From: Heptranchias perlo
Taxonomy: Eukaryota
Length of the DNA stretch: 64,000 nucleotides
NCBI RefSeq assembly: GCF_035084215.1
Contig: NC_090332.1
Coordinates: forward strand, 1,736,001-1,800,000
Direction: 5' to 3'
Shown: positions 48,668 to 61,670 of the stretch, one piece after another
Layout: every line of letters starts with the position of its first letter
Position numbering within the stretch: position 1 is the first letter of the stretch
Made by a program: the position numbers and the translations under genes
Notes under the pieces: generated by a model
What the model saw: only the letters and a program-made list of their open reading frames with translations
Databases searched by the model: none
Told to the model about the DNA's origin: nothing

Positions 48668-50745
48668 AACCATAGAAATTTATGGCACAGATGGAGGTCA
48701 TTTAGCCCATCGTGTCTGTGCTAGCCAATAAAGTTATCCAGCCTAATCCCACTTTCCAGCACTTGGTCTGTAGCCCTGTAGGTTATGGCACTTCAGGTGC
48801 ACATCCAGGTACTTTTTAAATGAGTTGAGGGTTTCTGCCTCTCCCACCCTTTCAGGCAGTGAGTTCCAGACCCCCACCAACCTCTGGGTGAAAACATGTT
48901 TCCTCAGCTCCCCTCTAATCCTTCTACCAATTACTTTAAATCTATGTCTCTGGTCACTGACCCCTCCGCTGAGGGAAATAGGTCCTTCCTATCCACTCCA
49001 TCTAGTCCCGTCTCAATTAAATCTCCCCTCAGCCTCCTTTGTTCCAAAGAAACAACCCCAGCCGATCCAATCTTTTCTCTTAGCAAAAATTCTTTAATCC
49101 TGGGAACATCCTCGTAAATCTCCTCTGCACCCTCTCTAGTGCAATCACATCTTTCCTGTAATGTGGTGACCAGAACTGAACACAGTACTCAAGTTGTGGC
49201 CTAACTAGTGTTTTATATAATTTAAGCATAACCTCCCTGCTCTAATATTCTATACCTCGGCTAATAAAGTAAAGTATCCCATGTGTCTTTTTAACCACCT
49301 GATCTACCTGTCCTGCTACCTTCAGGGATCTGTGGACATGCACTCCAAGGTCCCTCACTTCCTCTACACCTCTCAGTATCCTCCCATTTATTGTGTATTC
49401 CTTTGCCTTGTTTGCTCTCCCCAAATGCATTACCTCACACTTCTCTGGATTGAATTCCATTTGCCACTTTTCTGCCCATCTGCCCAGTCCATTGATATCT
49501 TCCTGCAGTCTACAGCTTTCCTCCTCACTATCAACCACACGGCCAACTTTTGTATCATCTGCAAACTTCTTAATCATGCCTTCTATATTTAAGTCTAAAT
49601 CATTGATACATACCACAAAAAGCAAGGGACCGAGTACTGAGCCCTGAGGATCCCCACTGCAAACAGCCTTCCAGTCACAAAAACACCCGTCAACCATTAC
49701 CCTTTGCTTCCTGCCACTGAGCAACTTGCCACTTTCCCTTGGATTCCATGGGCTTTTACTTTTCTTACCAATCTGTCCTGTGGGACCTCGTCAAAAGCCT
49801 TGCTAAAATCCATGTACACTACATCAAATGCGTAACCCTCATCGACCCTCCATGTTACCTCCTCAAAAAATTCAAACAAGTTAGTCAGACACGATCTTCC
49901 CTGAACAAATCCATGCTGACTGCCGTTGATTAATCCGTGCCTTTCCAACTGATGACTTATGCTGTCCCTCAGAATTGTTTCCAATAATTTGCCCACCACC
50001 GAGGTTCGACTCACTGGCCTGTAGTTACTTGGTCTATCCCTTTCTCCCTTTTTAAACAATGGTACAACGTTAGCAGTCCTCCAGTCCTCCGGCACCACAC
50101 CTGTATCCAGAGAGGATTGGAAAATGATGGTCAGAGCCTCCGCTATTTTCTCCCTTGCTTCTTTTAACAGCCTGGGATACATTTCATCCGGGCCTGGCAA
50201 TTTATCAACTTTTAAAGATGCTAATCCCTTTATTGCTTCCTCTCTCACTATGTTTATCCCATCCAATATTTCACACTCCTCCTCCTTAACTACAATCTCT
50301 GCATTGCCCTCTCTTTTGTGAAGACAGACACAAAGTATTCATTGAGAACCATACCCACATCTTCCGCCTCCACACACAGGTTACCTTTTTGGTCTCTAAT
50401 AGGCCCTACTCTTTCCTTAGTTATCCTCTTGCTCTTTATGTATTTATAAAACATCTTTTGGGTTTGCCTTGATTTTACTTGCCAATATTTTTTCTTGCCC
50501 TCTCTTTGCTTTCCTAATTTCCTTTTTAATTTCACCCTGCACTTTCTATACTCCTCTAGGCTTTCTGCAGTATTGAGCTCTCGGTGTCTGACATAAAATT
50601 CCTTTTTTTGCCTTATCTTACCCTGAATGCTCCTTGACATCCAGGGGGCTCTAGATTTGGGAGTTCCACCCTTTGTCTTTGTGGGAACATATTTGCTCTG
50701 AACCCTCACTATCTCCTCCTTGAATGCCTCCCACTGCTCTGACAC
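48668..50745 (-). mobile_element. CR1 3' half, frameshifted
   Basis: ORF pieces 50290-50745, 49697-50266, 49242-49724. Confidence 0.9.
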
Positions 50746-50749
50746 ATCA

Positions 50750-51525
50750 TTTCAAAGTTTGAAGATGTCATGAAACTTGGAAATGTAGTAAACATTGAGG
50801 AGGATAGTAACAGACTTCAGGAGGACATAGACAGATTGGTGAAATAGACAGATACATGGCAGATTAAATTTAATGCAGGGAAGTGTGAAGTGATACATTT
50901 TGGTAGGAAGAATGAGGAGAGGCAAATATAAACTAAAGGGCACAATTTTAAATGGGGTGCAGGAACAGAGAGACCGGGGGGTGTATGTACACAAATCTTT
51001 GAAGGTGGCAGGACAAGTTGATCAGTCTGTTAAAACAGCATATCGGATCCTTGACATCATTAATAGAGGCAGAGTCCAAAAGGAAGGACGGGGAGATTCA
51101 ATAGAGGTGTTCAAAATCATGAATGGTTTTGACAGAGTAAATGGGGAGAAACTGTTCCCATTGGCAGGAGGGTCAGTAACCAGAGAACACAGATTTAAGG
51201 TAATTAGCAAAAGAGCTGGTGGTGGTGGTGGGTGGGAGGCTTGAGGGGGGGTGGGGGTCGTGGAGTGGGGGGAGGGCGTGGAGTGGGGGGGGAGATGTGG
51301 TGAAATCTTTTTACGCAGCGAGTTGTTATGATCTGGAATGCGCTGCCTGAAAGGGCGGTGGAAGCAGATTCAATAATAACTTTCAAAAGAAAACATTTAC
51401 CTGAGGAAGGAGGAAGTCTCCGAAAGCTTGTGAATTTAAAATAAAATTGCTGGACTATAACTTGGTGTTGTAAAATTGTTTACAACTTTCAAAAGGGAAT
51501 TGGATAAATATTTGAAAAGGAAAAA
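50750..51525 (+). mobile_element. Deleted/degenerate CR1 fragment
   Basis: YKLKGTILNGVQEQRD..VHKSLKVAGQV remnant. Confidence 0.8.
51395..51435 (+). ncRNA. Minimal type I hammerhead ribozyme motif in a short Penelope-like insert (51390-51483)
   Basis: AUUUAC-CUGAGGA-A-GGAG(gaagu)CUCC-GAAA-GC-UU-GUGAAU; insert flanked by duplicated aactttcaaaag. Confidence 0.6.
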
Positions 51526-51645
51526 TCCCAGCCCCAATTCTCCAGCCCATGCTCCCAGTGAGCGTGGCTCTCCACTGGCAGTGTCTGGTTGCAGAATTAC
51601 CCCCAAATGCTAGCGTGAATAAAACTAAATGTAAATTGTACTTAC

Positions 51646-51990
51646 TGGTTATATTGAGCTGGGTTCCATTCCCACTGATATCTCCCCACACTTTACAGTA
51701 ATAGACAGCAGTGTCATTGGGCTGCACGTTTGTGATTGTCAGAATGAAGCTGTTATTGGCGATGTCTCTGGAAGGCTGGAAACGGTCAGTGAACCCTGGG
51801 CCCCCTCGTGTGTTGTTCATTACATCGTGTGTTAAAACCCACTCCATATCTTGCCCTGGTAGTTGCCGGTACCAGTGGACATCGGTGTCTCTCACTGTGG
51901 CCTTCCGCATGGTGCACTGTAACCGGGCTGTCTGACCCTCTGTGACACGTTCCAGGCTCGGAGACTGGATAATGACGGGAGCATTTGCAC
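51646..51990 (-). CDS. Gene B VJ exon 2 (type B)
   Basis: ttcccttaaag|..A|gtaagt, 345 nt, phase 1-1; about 6 nt differences from 41301-41645. Confidence 0.92.
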
Positions 51991-52746
51991 CTTTAAGGGA
52001 AAAATATCAATAATTTAAAAACCAGACTGAATCTTAAGCATTTCAATGAAAAATGCAGGCAGTTCAGGTTTACTTGGGTAAATTCTCAACAAATTCTCAT
52101 CATATGGCCTTATATGAATAGTTCAAGGATTTCTTTACTTGCAAGATTCAGATCATGCAGCTCCCTCTGCTACTCCTTCCCCATTCCCAGCCTCCCTCTG
52201 GTCTTCCTCCCTGATCCCCATCACTGCAGATTCTTCCCAAGCTCCCTCCCATGCCCTCGCCTCACTTATTTCCTAAATGAGATGCACCCCCTGCCCCATT
52301 GATTTCTTCTCCATACACCTCCTGAGCACTCTTCATCCCTTACGAGGCGGCCCACGCCACGAGGCGGCCCGCACTACTAGTGGCTTCCTTTCCTCAGGCA
52401 TTCAAAACCAATGTTCATCAATCCCCTCCTCAAACAAGCCACCTGATGCTCCCTCTACCTGCTGCCCCATCTCTAATCTTCCTTGAATGTGTCTTCTCCT
52501 AAGCTCCGTAACTAACTCTCTCAGAACTCCATGTTCAAATCCGTCCAGTGCAGCTTCCACCCTGCTCACAGCATTGCGGTGGCCCTGCTCAAAGTTACAC
52601 CTCATCATAGAATCATAGAATGATGACAGCACAGAAGGAAACCATTCGGCCCATCGGGCCTGTGCCAGCTTTCTATGAGAGCAATCCAGTTAGTCCTACT
52701 GCCCTGCTCTTTCCCCCATAGCCCTGCAAAATTTTTCCCTTCAAGA

Positions 52747-55490
52747 TTTTTTTTATTCATTCCTGGGATGTGGGTGTCACTGGCAAGGTCGGCATTTATT
52801 GCCCATCCCTAATTGCCCCTTGAGAAGGTGGTGGTGAGCCGCCTTCTTGAACCGCTGCAGTCCGTGTGGTGAAGGTTCTCCCACAGTGCTGTTAGGAAGG
52901 GAGTTCCAGGATTTTGACCCAGCGACGATGAAGGAACGGCCGATATATTTCCAAGTCGGGGTGGTGTGTGACTTGGAGGGGAACGTGCAGGTGGTGTTGT
53001 TCCCATGTGCCTGCTACACTTGTCCTTCTAGGTGGTAGAGGTCGTGGGTTTGGGAGGTGCTGTCGAAGAAGCCTTGGCGAGTTGCTGCAGTGCATCCTGT
53101 GGATGGTACACACTGCAACCACAGTGCGCCGGTGGTGAAGGGAGTGAATGTTTAGGGTGGTGGATGGGGTGCCAATCAAGCGGGCTGCTTTGTCCTGGAT
53201 GGTGTCGAGCTTCTTGAGTGTTGTTGGAGCTGCACTCATCCAGGCAAGTGGAGAGTATTCCATCACACTCCTGTCTTGTGCCTTGTAGATGGTGGAAAGG
53301 CTTTGGGGAGTCAGGAGGTGAGTCACTCACCACAGAATACCCAGCCTCTGACCTGCTCTTGTAGCCACAGTATTTATATGGCTGGTCCAGTTAAGTTTCT
53401 GGTCAATGGTGGCCCCCAGGATGCTGATTGTGGGGGATTCGGCAATGATAATGCCACTGAATGTCAAGGGGAGGTGGTTAGATTCTCTCTTGTTGGATAT
53501 GGTCATTGCCTGGCAGTTGCCTGGCGCGAATGTTACTTGCCACTTATCAGCCCAAGCCTGGATGTTGTCCAGGTCTTGCTGCATGAGGGCACGGACTGCT
53601 TCATTATCTGAGGGGTTGCGAATGGAACTGAACACTGTGCAATCATCAGCGAACATCCCCATTTCTGACCTTATGATGGAGGGAAGGTCATTGATGAAGC
53701 AGCTGAAGATGGTTGGGCCGAGGACACTGCCCTGAGGAACTCCTGCAGCAATGTCCTGGGGCTGAGATGATTGGCCTCCAACAACCACTACCATCTTCCT
53801 TTGTGCCAGGTATGACTCCAGCCACTGGAGAGTTTTCCCCCTGATTCCCATTGACTTCAATTTTACTAGGGCTCCTTGGTGCCACACTCGGTCAAATGCT
53901 GCCTTGATGTCAAGGGCAGTCACTCTCACCTCACCTCTGGAATTCAGCTCTTTTGTCCATGTTTGGACCAAGGCTGTAATGAGGTCTGGAGCTGAGTGGT
54001 CCTGGCGGAACCAAAACTGAGCATCGGTGAGCAGGTTATTGGTGAGTAAGTGCTGCTTGATAGCACTGTCGATGTCACCTTCCATCACTTTACTGATGAT
54101 TGAGAGTAGACTGATGTGGCGGTAATCGGCCGGATTGGATTTGTCCTGCTTTTTGTGGACAGGACATACCTGGGCAATTTTCCACATTGTCGGGTGGATG
54201 CCAGTGTTGTAGCTGTACTGGAACAGCTTGGCTCGAGGCGCGGCTAGTTCTGGAGCACAAGTCTTCAGCACTACAGCCGGGATGCTGTCGTGGCCCATAG
54301 CCTTTGCTGTATCCAGTGCACTCAGGCGTTTCTTGATATCATGTGGAGTGAATCGAATTGGCTGAAGACTGGATTCTGTGATGGTGGGGATATCGGGAGG
54401 AGGCTGAGATGGATCATCTGCTCGGCACTTCTGGCTGAAGATGGTTGCAAACACTTCAGCCTTGTCTTTTGTACTCATGTGCTGGACTCTGCCATCATTG
54501 AGGATGGGGATGTTTACAGAGCCTCCTCCTCCCGTTAGTTGTTTAATTGTCCACCACCATTTACAACTGGATGTGGCAGGACTGCAGAGCTTTGATCTGA
54601 TCCGTTGGTTGTGGAATCGCTTAGCTCTGTCTATAGCATGTTGCTTCCGCTGTTTAGCACGCATGTAGTCCTGAGTTGTAGCTTCACCAGGTTGGCACCT
54701 CATTTTTAGGTACACCTGGTGCTGCTCCTGGCATGCTCTTCTACACTCCTCATTGAACCAGGGTTGATCCCCTGGCTTGTTGGTAATGGTAGAGTGAGGA
54801 ATATGCCGGGCCATGAGGTTACAGATTGTGTTGGAATACAATTCCGCTGCTGCTGATGGCCCACAGCGCCTCATGGATGCCCAGTTTCGAGCTGCTGGAT
54901 CGGTTCCGAATCTATCCCATTTAGCACGGTGATAGCGCCACACAACACGTTGGATGGTGTCCTCAGTGCGAAGACGGGATTTCATCTCCACGAGGACTAT
55001 GCGGCGGTCACTGCTACCAATACTGTTATGGACAGATGCAGCTGCGACAGGTAGATTGGTGAGGACGAGGTCAAGTGGGTTTTTCCCTCGTGTTGGTTCG
55101 CTCACCACCTGCCGCAGGCTCAGTCTAGCAGCTATGTCCTTCAGGACTCGGCCAGCTCGGTCAGTAGTGGTGCTACCGAGCCACTCTTGGTGATGGACAT
55201 TGAAGTCCCCCACCCAGAGTACATTTTGTGCCCTTGCTACCCTCAGTGCTTCCTCTAAGTGGTGCTCAACATGGAGGAGGACTGATTCATCAGCTGAGGG
55301 AGGGCGGTAGGTGGTAATCAGCAGGAGGTTTCCTTGCCCATGTTTGACCTGATGCCATGAGATTTCATGGGGTCCAGAGTCAATGTTGAGGACTCCCAGG
55401 GCCACTCCCTCCTGACTGTATATCACTGTACCGCCACCTCTGGTGGGTCTGTCCTGCCGGTGGGACAGGACATACCCAGGGATGGTGATG
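52747..55490 (-). mobile_element. Family 1 CR1-group LINE, long copy (partial APE + RT), inserted in a CR1 3' end (52605-52745 / 55491-55566)
   Basis: ORF 53327-55576 with YRPP, GDFN, KAAFDRVWH, FADD; poly(T) at 52747. Confidence 0.93.
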
Positions 55491-55566
55491 GAAGTATTTA
55501 TCCAATTCCTTTTTGAAAGCCACGATTGAATCTGCTTCCACCACCCTTTTAGGCAGCGCATTCCAG

Positions 55567-57790
55567 ATAGAATCATAGAATGATCGAAAGGTTACAGCAC
55601 GAAAGGAGGCCATTCAGCCCATCGAGTCCGTGCCGGCTCGATGGAGGGGAATCCAGCTAGTCCCACTCCCCCGCCCTATCCACATAGCCCTGCAAATATT
55701 TTCCTTTCAAGTACTTATCCAGTTCCCTTTTGAAAGCCATGATTGAATCTGCCTCCACCACCCCCTCGGGCAGTGCATTCCAGATCCTAACCACTCGCTG
55801 TGTAAAAAGGTTTTTTCTCATGTCACCTTTGTTTCTTTTGCCAATCACCTTAAATCTATGTCCTCTGGTTCTTGACCCTCCCGCCAATGGGAACAGTTTC
55901 TCTCTATCTGCTCTGGCTCGACCCTTCGTGATTTTGAACACCTCGATCAAATCTCCTCTCAATCTTCTCTGTTCCAAGGAGAACAACCCCAGCTTCTCCA
56001 GTCCATCCACATAACTGAAGTCCCTCATCCCTGGAACCATTCTAGTAAATCTTTTCTGCACCCTCTCTCAGGCCTTCACATCCTTCCTAAAGTGTGGTGC
56101 CTGGAATTGGACACAATTCTCCAGCTGTGGCCAAACCAGTGTTTTATAAAGGTCCAACATAACTGCCTTGCCTTTCTACTCTATGCTCTATTTATAAAGC
56201 CCAGAATCCCGTATACTTTTTTAACCGCTTTCTCAACCTGCCCTACCATCCTCAAAGATTTGTTCGCATATACCCCCAGGTCTCTTTAGAATGTACCATT
56301 TACTTTATATTGCCTCTCCTTTTTCTTACCTTCCTCCAGTCTGAAAAGCAACCGTTCACCACTACTCTCTGTTTCCTGTCACTTCGCCAAGTTTGTATCC
56401 ATGCTGCCACTGCCCCTTTTATTCCATGGGCTTCAACTTTGCTGACAAGCCTATTATGCGGCACTTTATCAAATGCCTTTTGAAAGTCCATATACACCAC
56501 ATCAACCGCATTTCCCTCATCGACCCTCTCTGTTACCTCATCAAAAAGCTCAATCAGGTTAGTTAAACACAATTTGCCTTTAACAAATCCGTGCTGGCTT
56601 TCCCTAATCAATCCACCCTCGTCCAAGTGACTGTTCATTCTGTCCCGGATTAATGTTTCCAAAAGTTTCCCCACCACTGAGGTTAGACTGACTGGCCTAT
56701 AGTTGCTGGGTTTATCCTTAGACCCTTTTTTGAACAAGGGTGCAACATTTGCAATTCTCCAGTCCTCTGGCATCACCCCCATATCTACGGATGTTTGGAA
56801 GATTATGGCCAGTACCTCCGCAATTTCCACCCTTACTTCCCTCAGCAACCTAGGATGCATCCCATCCGGACCAGGTGACTTATCTACTTTAAGTACAGCT
56901 CGCCTTTCCAGTACCTCTTCTTTATCAATTTTTAGCCCATCCAGTATCTCAACTACCTCCCCTTTTACTGTGACTTTGGCAGTATCATCTTCCTTGGTAA
57001 AGACAAATGCAAAGTCCTCATTTAGTACCTCGGCCATGCCCCCCGCCTCCATGCATAGAACTCTTTTATGGTCCCTAATCGGTCCCACCCCTCCTCTTAC
57101 TACCCGTTTACTGTTTACATGGCTGCAGAAGGCTTTTGGATTCCCTTTAATATTGGCTGCCAGTCTATTCTCATACTCTCTCTTTGTCCCTCTTATTTCC
57201 TTTTTCACTTCCCCTCTGAACTTTCAATATTCAGCCTGGTTCTCACTTGTTTTATCAACCTGACATCTGTCATACGCCCCTTTTTTCTGCTTTATCTCAA
57301 TCTCTATCCCTTTTGTCATCCAGGGAGCTCTGGCTTTAGTTGCCCTCCTTTCCCCCTTGTGGGAATGTACCCAGACTGTACCCGATCCATCTCCTCCTTA
57401 AAGACCGCCCATTGTTCGATTACAGTTTTGCCTGCCGATCTTTGATTCCAATTTACCCGGGCCAGATCCGTTCTCATCCCACTGAAATTGGACATTCTCC
57501 AATTAAGTATTTTTACTCTAGATTGTTCCTTGTCCTTTTCCATAACTAATCTAAACCTTATGATACTATGATCACTGTTCCCTAAATGCTCCCCCACTGA
57601 CACTTGCTCCACTTGACCCACCTCATTCCCCAGAACCAGATCCAGCAATGCCTCCTTCCTCATCGGGCCAGAAACATACTGATCAGGAAAGTTCTCCTGA
57701 ACACACTTCAGAAATTCCTCCCCCTCTCTGCCCTTTACACTATTACTATCCCAGTCTATATTAGGATAGTTGAAGTTCCTCATTATCACG
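55567..57790 (-). mobile_element. CR1 LINE, 5'-truncated with internal deletion
   Basis: ORF pieces 57316-57789, 56300-57208, 55657-56061. Confidence 0.9.
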
Positions 57791-57797
57791 ACTCTAT

Positions 57798-60700
57798 GGG
57801 CAGGATTTTAACTGTGTAAAACGGGTGGGTTGCAGGCAGGGGGTTATTGAAAATTGCAACAATTTCAGACCCGCCCTCAACCGCCCATTTCTGGTTATCA
57901 AGCGGCACTTACTCACCAATAACCTGCTCACCGATGCTCAGTTTGGGTTCCGCCGGGATCACTCAGCTCCAGACCTCATTACAGCCTTGGTCCAAACATG
58001 GACAAAAGAGCTGAATTCCAGAGGTGAGCTCGCTGGCGCTGCATCATGGTGGGTTCCACAGGTACGCTGATGGAGGTGACCACCCATTCCATGTTGGAAA
58101 GGATGGGCTCCAAGCTCTGTGCAAAGCCCTGCGCACAGTTGGAGCTGGACTCCTCCATGCCCCTTCTCATTACGCGCAGGCTTTCTGGCAGGCTTTCCAG
58201 TGCCCCAAGCATTTGTTGGTGTACGCCCATCAGCCTTCTTCTGTAGCCTGGCCCATCGAAATCCTCATCTGACTCCTCTGCAGCAGAACTAGTGAGAGAC
58301 CTCGCCCTGCGGCAAGCTGGCACGTGTAAGAGGTGTGTGCTGACAGCATGTGCAGCACGTGAGTCAGAAAGATTATAGGAGGAAGGAGATGTGGGAAAGG
58401 AGAAGGAGCATTAGATATGCAGAGACCTCCTTCATCGGGACCTCCAGCGAGGCACGTTGTCACGGCTGCAGCGACGGCCGGCCCAATGATCTGAAGCACT
58501 GTCTCCTCTGGGGCGGGGGGGGGGTGGGGGGGGAGGACGTGTAAGTGTCACCGTCCACTCTCAGGTCCCTCCTGCTGTCAGCTGTTATGCGCCACCTTCT
58601 CCTGCAAGACAGAGGACAGTGTGTCAGTGAGTGTCCTGCAAGGTGTTGTTTTTTTTATTCGTTAACGGGATGTGGGCGTCACTGGTGAGGCCGGCATTTA
58701 TTGCCCATCCCTAATTGCCCTTGAGAAGGTGGTGGTGAGCCGCCTTCTTGAACCGCTGCAGTCCGTGTGGTGACGGTTCTCCCACAGTGCTGTTAGGAAG
58801 GGAGTTCCAGGATTTTGACACAGTGACGATGAAGGAACGGCGATATATTTCCAAGTCGGGATGGTGTGTGACTTGGAGGGGAACGTGCAGGTGGTGTTGT
58901 TCCCATGTGCCTGCTGCTCTTGTCCTTCTAGGTGGTAGAGGTCGCGGGTTTGGGAGGTGCTGTCGAAGAAGCCTTGGCGAGTTGCTGCAGTGCATCCTGT
59001 GGATGGTGCACACTGCAGCCACAGTGCGCCGGTGGTGAAGGGAGTGAATGTTTAGGGTGGTGGATGGGGTGCCAATCAAGCGGGCTGCTTTATCTTGGAT
59101 GGTGTTGAGCTTCTTGAGTGTTGTTGGAGCTGCACTCATCCAGGCAAGTGGACAGTATTCCATCACACTCCTGACTTGTGCCTTGTAGATGGTGGAAAGG
59201 CTTTGGGGAGTCAGGAGGTGAGTCACTCGCCGCAGAATACCCAGCCTCTGACCTGCTCTCGTAGCCACAGTATTTATATGGCTGGTCCAGTTAAGTTTCT
59301 GGTCAATGGTGACCCCCAGGATGTTGATGGTGGGGGATTCGGTGATGGTAATGTCGTTGAATGTCAGGGGGAGGTGGTTAGACTCTCTCTTGTTGGAGAT
59401 GGTCATTGCCTGGCACTTATCTGGCGCGAATGTTACTTGCCACTTATGAGCCCAAGCCTGGATGTTGTCCAGGTCTTGCTGCATGCGGGCTCGGACTGCT
59501 TCATTATTTGAGGGGTTGCGAATGGAACTGAACACTGTGCAGTCATCAGCGAACATCCCCATTTCTGACCTTATGATGTAGGGAAGGTCATTGATGAAGC
59601 AGCTGAAGATGGTTGGGCCTAGGACACTGCCCTGAGGAACTCCTGCAGCAATGTCCTGGGGCTGAGATGATTGGCCTCCAACAACCATTACCATCTTCCT
59701 TTGTGCAAGGTATGACTCCAGCCACTGGAGAGTTTTCCCCCTGATTCCCATTGACTTCAATTTTACTCGGGCTCCTTGGTGCCACACTCGGTCAAATGCT
59801 GCCTTGATGTCAAGGGCAGTCACTCTCACCTCACCTCTGGAATTCAGCTCTTTTGTCCATGTTTGGACCAACGCTGTAATGAGGTCTGGAGCTGAGTGGT
59901 CCTGGCGGAACCCAAACTGAGCATCGGTGAGCAGGTTATTGGTGAGTAAGTGCCGCTTGATAGCACTGTCGACGACACCTTCCATCACTTTGCTGATGAT
60001 TGAGAGTAGACTGATGGGGCGGTAATTGGCCGGATTGGATTTGTCCTGCTTTTTGTGGACAGGACATACCTGGGCAATTTTCCACATTGTCGGGTAGATG
60101 CCAGTGTTGTAGCTGTACTGGAATAGCTTGGCTAGAGGCGCAGCTAGTTCTGGAGCACAAGTCTTCAGCACTACAGCTGGGATGTTGTCGGGGCCCATAG
60201 CCTTTGCTGTATCCAGTGCACTCAGCCGTTTCTTGATATCACGTAGAGTGAATCGAATTGGCTGAAGACTGGCTTCTGTGATGGTGGGGATATCTGGAGG
60301 AGGCCGAGATGGGTCATCCACTCGACACTTCTGGCTGAAGATGGTTGCAAACACTTCAGCCTTGTCTTTTGCACTCACGTGTGTGGGTGATGTGCCTGTC
60401 GTGGTCGAATAGCTGCCAGTTTGGGTGACCTGAGTGGTGGTTGTGTGGCCTGCAAGTGTGGCACTATGTGCGGGTGCAATGCAGCATGCCGAGTGCAGCA
60501 TTGCGTATGGATGGGCAGTGTTTGTTGGTGGGTGGGTGGGTGACGGGGAGTGTGATGCATGGATCAGTGGTGCAGTTGGTAGGATGTGCCCACTTGACAC
60601 TTGCATTCACTCACCTTGACCACTCGTGTCAAATCACTGAACTTCTTTCGGCACTGCACCCACGTGCGTGGTGCGGTGCTCCTGGCGTTGACTTCCTGCG

Positions 60701-61220
60701 CCACAGCCTCCCAATGCCTGCAGAGCTGCAGTCTGGAGGGTCTCCGGCCACCCTGCAGGTATATGTTGGCCCTCCTTTCATCTACCTCTTCCACCAGAGC
60801 CTCCAGAGCATCTTCGGAGAGGCATGGAGCCCTCTCTCGTGCTGGTCCTGCTATCCTCGTGGCCATCTTTGCCTTCTGTGTACCTGCCATTTGAAATGTG
60901 CACCTGCACCTTTAAGAGGTGCAGGCTGCTGATAACATGCGCTGTGCACGCCCCATTTCCAACTTCCTCATTCTCCGTGCAGCCTCTCAGCAGCGCGGGT
61001 AGCTCAGCGTGGAGATTCCATTGGGCCTTGCCAGTGGTTCCCATGGATTTGGAGGAGGAAGTGGAGTTCGGGGAGGGGGAAGAATGAGTGATGAACTTGT
61101 ACCTCAGGTGTCTGGCAGACACTCAGAATTGGCCCTGTCACTCCTCGTTGCCCACCTCCATGGAGACCTACATTTGCCACTTCCGTTTCACGAGAAAGCC
61201 TGTGACACAGTTACGTGGTT
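57798..61220 (-). mobile_element. Decayed PIF/Harbinger transposon: spliced Myb/SANT-like gene (exons 60615-60866, 58427-58601, ~58030-58290) and divergent transposase remnant (+, ~61090-61215)
   Basis: RERAPCLS..LEALVEEV..WEAVAQEVNA..RTWVQCRKKFSDL trihelix motif, donor AAG|gtgagt; exon 2 has stops; gggcaggatttt TIR-like left end; ICHFRFTRKPVTQL on +. Confidence 0.72.
58647..60378 (-). mobile_element. Family 1 CR1-group LINE with intact RT ORF, nested in the Harbinger Myb-gene intron
   Basis: ORF 58711-60378 uninterrupted to HHHLLKGN; poly(T) at 58647. Confidence 0.93.
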
Positions 61221-61349
61221 ATGTTCTTTGGTCTCTTTCTCTAAATCGTTCAGCTTCTAAATTTTTTGTTTACTCTCATAGGTGAGTTCCCTCGGTCCCA
61301 GCAGCATCTTCACTGGCTCTGATATGCATAGAAGTTACAACACAGGTCA

Positions 61350-61670
61350 CATGTCCTAATATCTCATTATGTGGCTCGGTGTCAAATTTTGTTTGATAAT
61401 CGCTCCTGTGAAGCACCTTGGGACCTTTTACTGTATTAAAGGCGCTATATAAATGCAAGTTGTTGTTGTAGATTGGTGAGGACGAGGTCAAGTCATTCCC
61501 TCGGGTTGGTTCTCTCACCACCTGCCTCAAGCCCAGTCTGGCAGCTGTGTCCTTCAGGGCTTGGCCACCTCGGTCAGTAGTGGTGCTACCGAGCCACTCT
61601 TGGTGATGAATATTGAAGTCCCCCACCCAGAGAACATTCTGTGCCCTTGCTACACTCAGTGCTTCCTCCA
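61350..61670. mobile_element. L2 3' tail (+, 61350-61468) abutting an old family 1-like APE fragment (-, 61470-61670)
   Basis: aaggcgctatataaatgcaagttgttgttg; GDFNIHHQEWLGSTTTD. Confidence 0.75.
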
